A DNA stretch of 64,000 nt, taken from positions 211,941-275,940 of the forward strand of contig CAVSTD010000001.1 in NCBI GenBank assembly GCA_963730815.1. The letters are read 5' to 3'. Both the position numbers and the translations under genes were made by a program. Position 1 is the stretch's first letter. Each line of letters begins with the position of its first letter. Source of the DNA: an uncultured Thermoplasmata archaeon. GTDB lineage: Archaea > Thermoplasmatota > Thermoplasmata > Lutacidiplasmatales > UBA184. The notes under the pieces were generated by a model that searched no databases, had not been told where the DNA came from, and saw only the letters and a program-made list of their open reading frames with translations. Shown in pieces: positions 1 through 9,629 of the stretch.

Positions 1-94
1 CCTTCAGAGTCGCCGCGCGCGCCAGGACGTGTTCGAGGTCCTCGCCCAGGTCGGAGATCGACAGAAGATCCTTGGGAGCGGTGGGAGGCGCCAT
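1..94 (-). CDS. 5' end of a carbamoyltransferase-like gene (OTCase/ATCase family), runs off the window
   Basis: Minus-strand ATG at 94-92 opens MAPPTAPKDLLSISDLGEDLEHVLARAATLK. This resembles the conserved N-terminus (DLLSI.DL..eel..ll..A..LK) of ornithine/aspartate carbamoyltransferases. Only 31 codons are visible and the ORF is not in the supplied track. Confidence 0.3.
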   Translation of the reverse strand, partial: MAPPTAPKDLLSISDLGEDLEHVLARAATLK

Positions 95-297
95 CCCACA
101 GAGCACCGTCCGCTCGCGTTAAACGGTTCTGGGAGCCGCCGGTTCCGAGCGGCCGTGCGAAGGTTATGAAGGCGACTCGATTGGCCCGGTACGAGGGAGA
201 TCCTGTGCCGGCCCGTCCCAAGAAGAAAACCGATAAAAGTCGCCCGGCCCAGCCGACCCGAAGCCGAACGTCCCCCTCCCGGGGCCGCCGGGTCTAC

Positions 298-1632
298 ATG
301 GTCACCGGAGGTGTCACGAAGTTCGCGAAGGCCCATCCGTCGATGGACTTCCGGCTGATGGTCAAGCGCGCTTACGACTACGCCCTCAAAGGAATCCCGA
401 ACCTCACGGTGGACCGGATCGACGGGACACGGATCTCCTACTTCTCGGACCATTTCGCGCGCCAGCTCAAGGCCGCCAGCATGGTCCAGGATTACCTCGG
501 CATGAACCCGAAGGGCTCGGTCCGCATCGAATGGGGCGGCGCCACGGGGGGCGAGTGCTTCCAGGCGGCGTACGAGGCGGTGGCCAGCGGTCGGATGGAC
601 GTCTGCCTTGCTGCGGGATTCGAGACGATGAGTCGCGTGCCGACGTGGAAGGGGAACGAGTTCATTGCGCTCGCCTCCGACACGAACTTCGATTTCCCCC
701 TCGGCGGGTTCTACAGCGGATACTACGCGCTCATGGTCATGCGCCACATCTACGAGTACCTGCGGCTTCGCAAGTTCGCCGACATCAAGGATGAGCGCGA
801 AGCGCAGCGGCGGGCGATCGCGGAAGGGAGCCGCATCATGAGCCTCGTCTCGGTGAAGAACCACCGCAACGCGCTCTACAATCCGTACGCCCAGTACCCG
901 AAGCGACTGACCGTGGAGGACGTGTTGAACTCCGAGATGATCAGCTACCCGCTCACGCGCGAGCAGATCTGCACGATGAGCGACGGCGCGGCCTGCGTCG
1001 TCCTGTGCGACGAAGAGCGGGCCAAGGAGTTCACCGACCGGCCGGTGCGGGTCACCGGCGTGGGATGCGGCACCGACACGATGCGCCTCGCCGACCGACC
1101 GTTCGGAAGGGTCCCGTTGCTTCCGCACGAGCGGGCGAAGACGTACGAGGACCTCCCGTACCCGGGCGTCCACTCCTTCCGCGCCGGTCGCGCGGCCGGG
1201 ATCGAAGCCTACCGGATGGCGGGGATCACCCGACCGAACGAGCAGCTCGACTTCATCGAGCTCCACGACGCGTACGCTTCGAGCGAGATCCAGACCTACG
1301 AGGACCTGGGCCTGTGCCGGTACGGGGAAGGCTACTCCTTCGTGGAGCGGGGAGACCCGTTCCTGAAGGGCATCGACTACGGCTTCCCGGTCGCCCGCGC
1401 GGGCATTATGCCGGTCAACCCGTCGGGAGGCCTCATCGCCTGCGGCCACCCGGTCGGCGCGACCGGTCTCATGCAGGCGGTCTTCGCGTTCTGGCAACTC
1501 CAGGGCACGGTGCCCAAGCATTTCGGGGACCCGACCCTGCAGCTGAAGAACCCCCGGCGCGGCGCCATCCATAGCCACGCGGGCACCGGTTCCTCGGTGA
1601 CGGTCTCGATCATGGAACGGGGGTTCCGATGA
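298..1632 (+). CDS. thiolase (acetyl-CoA C-acetyltransferase, archaeal type)
   Basis: ORF 166..1632. Thiolase-like sequence starts at the internal ATG 298 (MVTGGVTKFAKAH). It has a C-terminal thiolase signature NPSGGLIACGHPVGATG, and its stop overlaps the next gene's start (ATGA). The upstream 44 codons are Arg/Pro-rich and look non-coding. Confidence 0.85.
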   Translation: MVTGGVTKFAKAHPSMDFRLMVKRAYDYALKGIPNLTVDRIDGTRISYFSDHFARQLKAASMVQDYLGMNPKGSVRIEWGGATGGECFQAAYEAVASGRMDVCLAAGFETMSRVPTWKGNEFIALASDTNFDFPLGGFYSGYYALMVMRHIYEYLRLRKFADIKDEREAQRRAIAEGSRIMSLVSVKNHRNALYNPYAQYPKRLTVEDVLNSEMISYPLTREQICTMSDGAACVVLCDEERAKEFTDRPVRVTGVGCGTDTMRLADRPFGRVPLLPHERAKTYEDLPYPGVHSFRAGRAAGIEAYRMAGITRPNEQLDFIELHDAYASSEIQTYEDLGLCRYGEGYSFVERGDPFLKGIDYGFPVARAGIMPVNPSGGLIACGHPVGATGLMQAVFAFWQLQGTVPKHFGDPTLQLKNPRRGAIHSHAGTGSSVTVSIMERGFR

Positions 1633-2156
1633 GCGTGCGTCCCCGCAGCTTCTCGAAGTTCCGAGAAGTGCAGAGCGAGCTCGAGCGAACCGGCTCGGCG
1701 ATCTTCCGCGATGCCGAGGGCGTCGAGAGCCTGATCGTCCGGAGCCCGTATTCCATCAACTACATCCACAGCTACGCCGAGGATTCGGCGTTCTTCCTCG
1801 GGCTCGCCGACGGTCGACTCCGGGGCTCGAAGTGCCGTCGACCCAAGTGCGGATTCGTCTACGGAACGCCCCGGGGCCACTGCATGGTCTGCGGTGCTCC
1901 GACCGAGTGGATCGACCTCCCGAGCAACGGCCGGGTCCATTCCTGGACCACCTGCCATTTCGGCAGCGAAGCGTTCCTGAAGGAAACCCCGTACAATCTC
2001 GCCCTCGTGGAGTTCGACGGGGTGGGCAGCCTGCTGCTGGTCCGGCTCAAGGACTGCGTCGAGTCCGACCTCTATGTCGGGATGCCGATCGAGGCCCGCT
2101 TCGACCCGAATCCGAAGTATTCGATCACGGACGTATGGTTCGTGCCGTCGCGATAA
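1629..2156 (+). CDS. DUF35 OB-fold / zinc-ribbon protein (thiolase partner)
   Basis: Rubredoxin-like knuckles CRRPKCGFVYGTPRGHCMVCG are followed by an OB-fold-like segment. ATGA overlap with the thiolase gene. This pairing is typical of the archaeal thiolase/HMG-CoA synthase/DUF35 complex genes. Confidence 0.85.
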   Translation: MSVRPRSFSKFREVQSELERTGSAIFRDAEGVESLIVRSPYSINYIHSYAEDSAFFLGLADGRLRGSKCRRPKCGFVYGTPRGHCMVCGAPTEWIDLPSNGRVHSWTTCHFGSEAFLKETPYNLALVEFDGVGSLLLVRLKDCVESDLYVGMPIEARFDPNPKYSITDVWFVPSR

Positions 2157-2168
2157 GCGGCCGCGTAC

Positions 2169-2711
2169 TCAGTCCATCGGCGACAGTCCGATCAGCTCGA
2201 GGACGTCGCCCTGCCCGCGGGCGATCTCCGAGCGCCGAGTCTTGGGAACGTCCACGAAGGAAAGCTCCTGCCACAACCGATGCGACGGCGGGGTCGAAGT
2301 GGGCCAGCGTCCGTCGAAGACGAAGTGAAAGTCCCAGTGAGGGTCGCGGTGCTCGGAACCGGGCCGGCGCGACGGGTCGGAGAACACCGCCGGCGCCGAT
2401 ACCGTGGGAAGTTCCGCGCCCAACTGCTCGCGCGCGATGACCCGGGCGGCCTCTTCGGGGCCCTCGAAGAGGAGCAGCTGGCGGGACGGCAACATCCAAG
2501 ACCGGCCGACCCGCTCGAGACGTCCGGGGTCGAGCCCTCCGAACTCCCACCACGGTGCCGAAGGATTCGCCCGACCCATGAGGACCCGATGAGGGTCCTC
2601 CGGGGAACGCAGCACGAGGAAGACCGAGAGGCACATTCCGGCGTCGGGGACCGCCGACGATCCGGGCGGCAGCGGAGTGGCCGCGCTCAACCGAGCAAAC
2701 CGCCGCTCCAT
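2169..2711 (-). CDS. Nudix-like hydrolase domain protein (weak)
   Basis: 180-aa ORF with a partial Nudix-box-like stretch GPEEAARVIAREQLGAE. Amino-acid composition is coding-like. The family call is tentative. Confidence 0.4.
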   Translation of the reverse strand: MERRFARLSAATPLPPGSSAVPDAGMCLSVFLVLRSPEDPHRVLMGRANPSAPWWEFGGLDPGRLERVGRSWMLPSRQLLLFEGPEEAARVIAREQLGAELPTVSAPAVFSDPSRRPGSEHRDPHWDFHFVFDGRWPTSTPPSHRLWQELSFVDVPKTRRSEIARGQGDVLELIGLSPMD

Positions 2712-2925
2712 GTCGGTCGACCGGTCAGTACGTCGGAGGTTTTCAAGCTGGCTCTGCCGGCGGAAACAAGTTTGGCCTCCGGCGAAAACGGTCGAAATCC
2801 GCCGCCCGAGTCCCGCTCAGACTTGGTGGGTCGGAACGATTAGCGGATATGCGGGAGGCCGGATTCGGACTCCCATGTTCGTGTGGCCAGCGGGGGGTTT
2901 CAGGGTCTCTAAAGTGGGGGTTTTC

Positions 2926-3099
2926 ATGGCCGGTATGGTCATCTTCGTGATTCTCGCCGGCCTTCAGGCTAATGCCGCAGGCGTCAACCAGGGGGCCTCT
3001 CTCGTGGTGCTTCTCTTCGCGGCGATCGCGGCCGGTTGCGGCTACGGCTTGGGCGCGTCCCGACAGTGGCGAAAGGACCATGGTGCCGATGCGGAATGA
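2926..3099 (+). CDS. small two-helix membrane protein (hypothetical)
   Basis: Internal ATG of ORF 2677..3099 gives MAGMVIFVILAGLQANAAGVNQGASLVVLLFAAIAAGCGYGLG..., two hydrophobic helices. The upstream part of the track ORF is Arg-rich and looks non-coding. Confidence 0.3.
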   Translation: MAGMVIFVILAGLQANAAGVNQGASLVVLLFAAIAAGCGYGLGASRQWRKDHGADAE

Positions 3100-3128
3100 C
3101 AGGTCCGTTCCGCTTAGAGCGTGGGAGG

Positions 3129-3202
3129 TGCCGCGGGCCGGGCTTGAACCGGCGGCTTCAAGATCTTCAGTCTTGCACTCTCCCAAACTGAGTTACCGCG
3201 GC
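3129..3202 (-). tRNA. tRNA-Phe: tRNA-Phe (anticodon GAA)
   Basis: The reverse complement folds as a cloverleaf. Acceptor stem GCCGCGG/CCGCGGC, anticodon stem CAAGA/TCTTG with loop CTGAAGA, T-arm GCCGG-TTCAAGC-CCGGC, discriminator A. No encoded CCA. Confidence 0.9.
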
Positions 3203-3228
3203 GCCGGTGGTCCCGACGGGCCGGGCGG

Positions 3229-3234
3229 TATAAA
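3229..3234 (-). promoter_or_regulatory. TATA box (TTTATA) for tRNA-Phe
   Basis: The minus strand reads TTTATA, ending 27 nt upstream of the tRNA 5' end. This matches archaeal promoter spacing. Confidence 0.4.
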
Positions 3235-3356
3235 GAGCCGGAGGCCCGCTCGTACGCGCCGCCGGACCGTCGCGCAGGCACCACGTCCTCTTTGCCCCCG
3301 GTCGAACGCGCGCGCTCACGTTCGGAGCGGCCGATCGCCGTCAATCGCCCCTTGAA

Positions 3357-3362
3357 TTTATC
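3357..3362 (+). promoter_or_regulatory. TATA-like box (TTTATC) upstream of topA
   Basis: AT-rich GAATTTATCT in an otherwise GC-rich spacer, about 33 nt upstream of the GTG start at 3390. Suggests a leaderless or very short-leader mRNA. Confidence 0.3.
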
Positions 3363-3389
3363 TACGGCACGCGGCCTGATTAACGAGCC

Positions 3390-5924
3390 GTGGTTCGCAC
3401 TCTCGTCGTCGCGGAGAAGTTCAACACCGCACTCCGGATCGCCGTCGTGCTCTCCGACGGGCGCATGAAACGCGCCCGCCTCGAAGGGACGAACGTATTC
3501 CGTTTCGACCGTGCGGAAGGGCCGTACGCCGTGGTCGGGCTGCGCGGTCACATCGTCGAGCTCGACTACCCGAAGGAGTTCTCCGAGTGGACCCTCGCGG
3601 GCCTGCCGAAATTGCTCGAGACTCGGCCGCTGAAGCGGGTCACGGAGGGCGGGATCGTCGCCGCCCTTCAATCGATCGTCCGGGAATTCGACCGGGTCAT
3701 CATCGCTACCGACTTCGACCGCGAGGGCGAGCTCATCGGACTCGAGTGCCTCGAGCTGCTCCAGAAGGTGCATCCGGGCATCGAGGTGAAGCGAGCGCGC
3801 TACAGCGCCCTGACCCGCGATGCGATCGAGACGAGCTTCGGCCATCTCGAAGAGCTCGACCGGGCGCTCGCCGAAGCCGCCGAATCCCGTCAGGAGATCG
3901 ACCTCGTCTGGGGCGCCCTCTTGACGCGCTATTTGTCGCTCACCGCGCAGCAGCGGGGCAACAGCTTCCTTTCCGTCGGTCGGGTCCAGACCCCGACGCT
4001 CGCGCTGCTCGTGGAACGGGACCAGGCGATCAAGGAGTTCGTCCCCACCCTGTTCTGGGAGATCGTCGCGACCGGGGAGAAAGCGGGCGAGAGCTTCCGA
4101 CTGCATCATCAGCACGGGATCTTCGAATCGAAGGCCGAAGCCGACCGGATCTTCCGCATCGTGTCGCACGCGAAGAGCGGAGTCGTCCGGGAATTCACCG
4201 AGGAGGAGACTCGGCGTCGCCCCCCCATCCCGTTCTCCACGACGCTCTTCGTCGCCGAAGCCACGCGCCTCGGAATGGGGGCGGCGCGCGTCATGCAGAT
4301 CGCGGAAGCCCTCTACACTCAGGGTCTCATCAGCTACCCCCGGACGGACAACACGGTCTACCCGCGGGGACTCGGCCTGCGAACGCTCGTGGAGAAATTC
4401 CGCGACGGCCCGTTCGCCGAAGCGGCCGAATTCGTCCTGCAGCAGCCGAGCTTCCGGCCCACCCGGGGCCGAACCGAGACCACCGACCATCCGCCGATCT
4501 ACCCGACGGGAGTCGTGGACCCGAAGAAACTCCGGCCGGACCATGCGACCGTCTACGAGCTCGTCGTCCGTCGGTTCCTGGCCACCGTCGCGCCCGACGC
4601 CCTCGGGATCGGCCGGAGCGCGGCCGTCGAGATCCACGGCGAGCGATTCGAGGGAAAAGGTCAGTACTTGACCGATCCGGGATGGTACCGGGTCTACCCG
4701 TACTCGAAACCCGACGAGGTGCCGATGCCCCGCCTCGTGGTGGACGAGACCGTCGTGGTCCCGAAGATCGAGTTCCTCGAGGACCAGACGCGACCCCCTC
4801 GTCGGTACTCCCAAGGCTCGCTGATCCAAGAGATGGAACGCCTCGGACTCGGCACGAAGAGCACGCGGCATGACGTGCTGCAGAAGCTCTTCGACCGACA
4901 CTACGTGAACCAACGTCAGCTCGAACCGACCTCGACCGGCATCGCGGTGACCGAGGCGCTCAAGGCGCACGCGCCGGTGATCACCCGGCCGGAGATGACC
5001 CACCGTCTCGAGGAGGACATGGAACTCGTCGCCGAGTCGAAGAAGCCGAAGTCGGAGGTCCTGGAGGAATCCCGCGAGATGCTGCGCGAGGCGTACGCGT
5101 TGCTGTCCGCGAACACCGAGGGAGTGAAGGAGACGCTCACCGGCGCCCTCGACCGACAGCATTTCGTCGGACCGTGCGCGAAATGCGGGGCGGCGCTGCG
5201 CCTCGCGCGCAGTCCCCGCGGCGCCCGCTGGGTCCAGTGCGTCAACAACCCGGCCTCCTGCACGGCGACCTACGCGCTCCCGTCCGCCGGGTTCGTGGAA
5301 CCCGTCCCGGAATTCCTCTGCGGGACCTGCAAGGTCCCTCGCGTGAAGATCACCTTCCGCGGCGTGCGCCCCGACCTCTATTGCATCAACCCCGAGTGCC
5401 CCGAACACCACAAGGCGTTCCGAATCGGGGTCTGTCCGAGCTGCGGGAGCCCGCTCCAGATCCGCTACTCGTTCCGGGGGAACCGCTTCGTCGGCTGCAC
5501 GGGGTATCCCACGTGCCGCGTCACGTACCCGCTCCCTCAGCGGGGGAAGCTCGAGAAGGACCAGCCCCCGTGTCCCGTGTGCCGGGCGCCCGTGGTGACG
5601 GCGATCGAGGCCGGACGACCGCCGTGGACGCTCTGCATCAATCCCGAATGCCCTACCCGCATCCAGAAGGCGGAGGAACGGGCGGAACGGGCCTCGGCGG
5701 CGAAGGCCAAGAAGGCGGCGACAGCACGAAAAGCCGCGGCCAAGACGAGGGCTCGAGCCCGCAAGAAAGCGGCGAGCCCAGCGACCCCGGAGCCGCCGAT
5801 CGTTCCGGAACCCGCATCGGAGACCGGATCGATTGCACCGCCGAAGAAGCGGGTCCGCCGTTCACGCCCGGCGCCCGCCGCATCGAAACGACCGGAGTCG
5901 GCCGCGGCGTCGGTTCCGCCTTAG
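3390..5924 (+). CDS. topA: DNA topoisomerase I (type IA) with C-terminal zinc ribbons and a Lys/Ala-rich tail
   Basis: Toprim N-terminus (VVAEKFNTALRIA ... IIATDFDREGELIG). Type IA core (GLISYPRTDN active-site Tyr motif). Several CxxC...CxxC zinc ribbons, then an AAKAKKAATARKAAAKTRARARKKA tail. Confidence 0.92.
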   Translation: MVRTLVVAEKFNTALRIAVVLSDGRMKRARLEGTNVFRFDRAEGPYAVVGLRGHIVELDYPKEFSEWTLAGLPKLLETRPLKRVTEGGIVAALQSIVREFDRVIIATDFDREGELIGLECLELLQKVHPGIEVKRARYSALTRDAIETSFGHLEELDRALAEAAESRQEIDLVWGALLTRYLSLTAQQRGNSFLSVGRVQTPTLALLVERDQAIKEFVPTLFWEIVATGEKAGESFRLHHQHGIFESKAEADRIFRIVSHAKSGVVREFTEEETRRRPPIPFSTTLFVAEATRLGMGAARVMQIAEALYTQGLISYPRTDNTVYPRGLGLRTLVEKFRDGPFAEAAEFVLQQPSFRPTRGRTETTDHPPIYPTGVVDPKKLRPDHATVYELVVRRFLATVAPDALGIGRSAAVEIHGERFEGKGQYLTDPGWYRVYPYSKPDEVPMPRLVVDETVVVPKIEFLEDQTRPPRRYSQGSLIQEMERLGLGTKSTRHDVLQKLFDRHYVNQRQLEPTSTGIAVTEALKAHAPVITRPEMTHRLEEDMELVAESKKPKSEVLEESREMLREAYALLSANTEGVKETLTGALDRQHFVGPCAKCGAALRLARSPRGARWVQCVNNPASCTATYALPSAGFVEPVPEFLCGTCKVPRVKITFRGVRPDLYCINPECPEHHKAFRIGVCPSCGSPLQIRYSFRGNRFVGCTGYPTCRVTYPLPQRGKLEKDQPPCPVCRAPVVTAIEAGRPPWTLCINPECPTRIQKAEERAERASAAKAKKAATARKAAAKTRARARKKAASPATPEPPIVPEPASETGSIAPPKKRVRRSRPAPAASKRPESAAASVPP

Positions 5925-6052
5925 TCTGGCCCCGGGCCGAATCCCGGCCGTAGACATCGAATCCCTAAGAGCGTCCCTCCTCCGTTGCGGAGGCTCGACC
6001 GTTTCCGCACCTCTCGGCCCGCGTTAAATACGCTCGCCCGGTCGTTCACCTC

Positions 6053-6775
6053 GTGAGTGGTTCGCGACGCTTGATCGACCTGGATTCTCGCTCGTTCGAG
6101 CGCCGGCTCGCCTCGAACCCGCTCGTCATCCTCCCGGTCGGTGCTCTCGAGGCGCACGGCCCTCATCTTCCGCTCGGCGCCGACCAGATCCAGGCCGAAG
6201 CCACGGCTTTCGCGCTTGCGGACCGCGTCGACGCGCTCGTCGCCCCGACGATCCCGTACGGCTCGGCGCCCGGAGCCCGTCGGTTTCCCGGCACGGTCTC
6301 CCTATCGATGGGCCAACTCGAAGGGCACGTCGAGGGAGTTCTCGGCGAGCTCGCCCGTTCGGGAGTCCGCCGTATCCTCGTCCTCTCCGGTCACGGCGAA
6401 CGCGGTCACATGGCGGCCCTTCGCGAGGCGGGCGACCACGCAGCCCAGGCGCACCCCGGCACTCGTGTGGTGGTGCTGTGCGACTACGATTTCGTCTACG
6501 AACTGCGGGGAAAAGATTCCCCGGCCACCGATGGCCACGCGGGACTCCTCGAGACTTCCCGGGTGCTCGCCCTCGCTCCCGAAACGGTGGGCCCGGCGCG
6601 ACCCGTCGTCGAGTACCGGCACAGCCCCTTCGTTCCGGGGACGCCGACCGAGAAAGATTGGCCCGAGAGCGTCATTGGCGATACGCGGAACGCATCCGCC
6701 GAGCTCGGGGCTCGCGTGCAGGCTCACGTCCTCGACCGGCTCGTCGAGACGGTGCGCACGCTGCTGCCGACCTAG
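6053..6775 (+). CDS. creatininase-family amidohydrolase (ArfB/creatinine amidohydrolase-like)
   Basis: Motif LPVGALEAHGPHLPLGAD and overall length are typical of the creatininase fold family. The specific substrate is not assignable from sequence. Confidence 0.7.
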   Translation: MSGSRRLIDLDSRSFERRLASNPLVILPVGALEAHGPHLPLGADQIQAEATAFALADRVDALVAPTIPYGSAPGARRFPGTVSLSMGQLEGHVEGVLGELARSGVRRILVLSGHGERGHMAALREAGDHAAQAHPGTRVVVLCDYDFVYELRGKDSPATDGHAGLLETSRVLALAPETVGPARPVVEYRHSPFVPGTPTEKDWPESVIGDTRNASAELGARVQAHVLDRLVETVRTLLPT

Positions 6776-6784
6776 GTCCGAGAC

Positions 6785-9629
6785 ATGGCCGACCCATCCG
6801 ACACCATCCGGGTCCGCGGCGCGCGCCAGCACAACCTGAAGAACATCTCGATCGACCTCCCCCGGGGGAAATTCATTGTTATCACCGGAGTGAGCGGGTC
6901 CGGAAAGTCCTCCCTCGCATTCGACACGCTTTACGCCGAAGGACAGCGACGGTACATCGAGAGCCTCTCGTCGTACGCGCGCCAGTTCCTGGGCCAGATG
7001 GACAAGCCCGACGTCGATTCCATCGACGGACTCGCGCCGGCGATCGCGATCGAGCAGCGGGCCGGCAGCAAGAACCCGCGCTCGACGGTCGGAACGGTCA
7101 CGGAGATCCACGATTACCTGCGTCTGCTCTTCGCGCGAATCGGTGTGCCGCACTGTCCGAACGACGGCCAGGAGATCACTCCGCAATCGGTGGACCGGAT
7201 CGTCGACGCGGTGAAGACCCAGGCTCGCGGGGAGAAGATCGACCTGCTCGCCCCCGTGCTTCAGGCGAAGAAGGGCGAGCACCGCGACGTGATCGATAAG
7301 CTGCGCAAGGCGGGCTACCGACGGTTCGTCATCGACGGCGTCGAGGTCCGGTCGCCGGGTACCGAGATCCGGCTCGAGAAGAATAAGAAGCACACGATCG
7401 AGGTCGTGGTCGACAGTTTCGAGGTGACTCCCTCGGAGGAGAGCCGGCTCGCCGAATCGGTCGAGCTCGCGCGAAGTCTCGGGGACGGGCTCGTCATCCT
7501 TCGCCGCCCCCGAGGTCAGCGGCAGGTGTTCTCCAGCCGACGCGCCTGTCCGGTCTGCGGGTTCTCGATGGACGAGCTCGCGCCCCGGATGTTCTCGTTC
7601 AACAACCCGTTCGGCGCCTGCCCGGATTGTCTCGGGATCGGCGCCACGCTGCACGCCGACCCGGAACGGATCGTGCCCGACAAGGAAAAGCCCCTTCACG
7701 AAGGCCATCAACGTCTGGGGGCTGACCCCGATGACGTCCTCGCTCGTCCGCTTCGGACAACTCTTCGGCTACGACCCGCGCCGACCCATCCGGGAACTCT
7801 CGGAGAAGGGCTGGAAGGCGCTCATGTACGGGGGCGAGAAGAGCCTCGGTCAGTCGACCCATCGGCCCGAGGAATGGTGGGTGAACGGTTGGCTCCGAGA
7901 GGGTCTGGTCGCGGCGCTCGAGCGTCGATGGCGCACAACGAAGAGCGAGAGCGCGAAGGAGTACTACCTCGGGTTCCTATCGTTCGTTCCCTGCCGGGCC
8001 TGCGGGGGCCGACGCCTGAAGCCGGAGAGTCTGGCGGTCACGGTCCAGGGGAAGTCGATCGCCGATGTCACTGCGATGACCGTGAGCGAGTCGGTCGAGA
8101 TGTTCCGTTCGCTCGCCCTCTCCGACCGAGACGAACAGATCGTCGGTCAGGTCGTCAAGGAGATCCGGGCCCGGCTCGGTTTCCTGGAGAACGTGGGCCT
8201 CACGTACATCACCCTCGACCGGGCGTCGGGCACCCTCTCCGGTGGGGAAGCGGAGCGGATCGCCCTTGCGACCCAGATCGGTTCGGGGCTCGTCGGGGTC
8301 CTTTACATCCTGGACGAGCCCTCGATCGGTCTCCACCCCCGCGACCAGGCTCGCCTGCTCTCGACGCTCAAGACGCTGCGCGACCTCGGAAACACCCTAC
8401 TGGTCGTCGAACACGACGAGATGACGATGCGCGAATCGGACTGGTTGGTGGACCTCGGCCCCGGGGCCGGCACCCTCGGCGGAGAGCTTCTCTATTCGGG
8501 CCCTCCCGACCGGATCCGGGGGACGCCTCGGTCGCTCACGGCCGCTTTCCTCTCGGGGGAACGCTTGATCCCCACCCCCGACCGCCGGATGTCCCCCGGT
8601 CGTCGCTTCCTCTCGATCCACGGGCCCCGTGAGCACAACCTGAAGGGCGAGGACGTGCGGATCCCGCTCGGCCTCCTGGTCGGCCTCTCGGGGGTTTCGG
8701 GAAGCGGCAAATCGACGATCCTCCAGGAGATCCTCTATCGCGCAGTCCGCCGGCACCTTGGGCTCGGACGTGAAACGCCCGGCCGTCACGATTTCATCGA
8801 AGGGATCGACGAGGTCGACCGGGTCCTGCTGATCGACCAGGCGCCGATCGGCCGGACGCCGCGGTCGAACCCGGCCACGTACACCGGCATGATGACCCCG
8901 ATCCGCGAACTCTTCTCGGGCCTGCCCGACGCGAAGGCGCGGGGGTTCGCTCCGGGGCGGTTCAGCTTCAACGTGGCCGGCGGCCGATGCGAGACGTGCG
9001 AGGGCGACGGCGTCCTCCGCTACGAGATGCATTTCCTGCCGGACGTCTACGTGGTCTGCGAAGAGTGCCGCGGGAAGCGGTTCAACGCCGAGACGCTTGA
9101 GGTGAAGTTCAAGAGCAAGACGATCGCCGACGTCCTCGACATGTCGGTGAGCGAGGCCCTTCCCTTCTTCGCGCACCACCGGCGCATCGCGACCCGCCTC
9201 CAGCTCCTCGTGGATGTGGGGCTCGGATACATCCGGCTCGGGCAGAGCGCGACGACGCTTTCCGGCGGAGAGGCCCAGCGGATCAAGATCGCCTACGAGC
9301 TCGCGAAACCCCCGACCGGGAAGACTCTGTATCTCCTCGACGAGCCGACCACGGGGCTCCACTTCGCGGACGTCGACCGGCTCCTTCAGGTGCTGTTCCG
9401 CCTGCGGTCCGGTGGGAACACCGTGGTCGTCATCGAACACAACGTGGACGTCCTCAAGTCGGCCGACTGGTTGATCGACCTCGGACCCGAGGGAGGGAAC
9501 GAGGGCGGACACGTGGTCGCGCAGGGACCGCCGGAAGAGGTGGCGCGGGTGCGCGCGTCGCACACCGGGCGCTTCCTTCTACCGCACCTCGCGCCTCCCA
9601 CTCCGATCCTTCGCCGCGCCCGGCTATGA
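6785..9629 (+). pseudogene. uvrA: excinuclease ABC subunit A (UvrA), reading frame broken once as assembled
   Basis: The N-terminal 305 aa (frame of ORF 6785..) carry Walker A GVSGSGKSSLAFDTLYAEGQRRY and zinc modules. The protein continues in the frame of ORF 7731..9629 (AINVWGLTPMTSSLVRFGQLFGYD ... second ABC module GVSGSGKST, LSGGEAQR). The junction is ...PLHEG / AINVWG at about 7700-7706. The span is 2845 nt, not a multiple of 3. Confidence 0.9.

Noticed and set aside
4-1578. 524-aa minus-strand ORF covering the thiolase gene
   Set aside because: It is Arg/Gly/Pro/Ala/His-rich with no motifs and is antisense to a clearly conserved thiolase. This is the typical long open antisense frame of high-G+C DNA. 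The real minus-strand gene here is only the 31-codon 5' fragment at 1..94, in another frame.
2780-2895. T-loop-like strings (GGTCGAAATCC, GGATTCGGACTCC) suggesting another tRNA
   Set aside because: I could not fold an acceptor stem or complementary T-stem around them on either strand.
3114-5411. 765-aa minus-strand ORF antisense to topA (also 3587..4873 and 5174..5953 on the plus strand)
   Set aside because: Low-complexity Arg/Gly/Glu/Pro composition and no domain motifs. It overlaps the tRNA-Phe and the intact topA gene.
7690-7735. Programmed ribosomal frameshifting as the explanation for uvrA and the other split genes
   Set aside because: There is no slippery heptamer or stimulatory structure at the junctions. 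The breaks occur in unrelated housekeeping genes, in both directions and often in short G/C runs. Indel error or decay is the simpler explanation.
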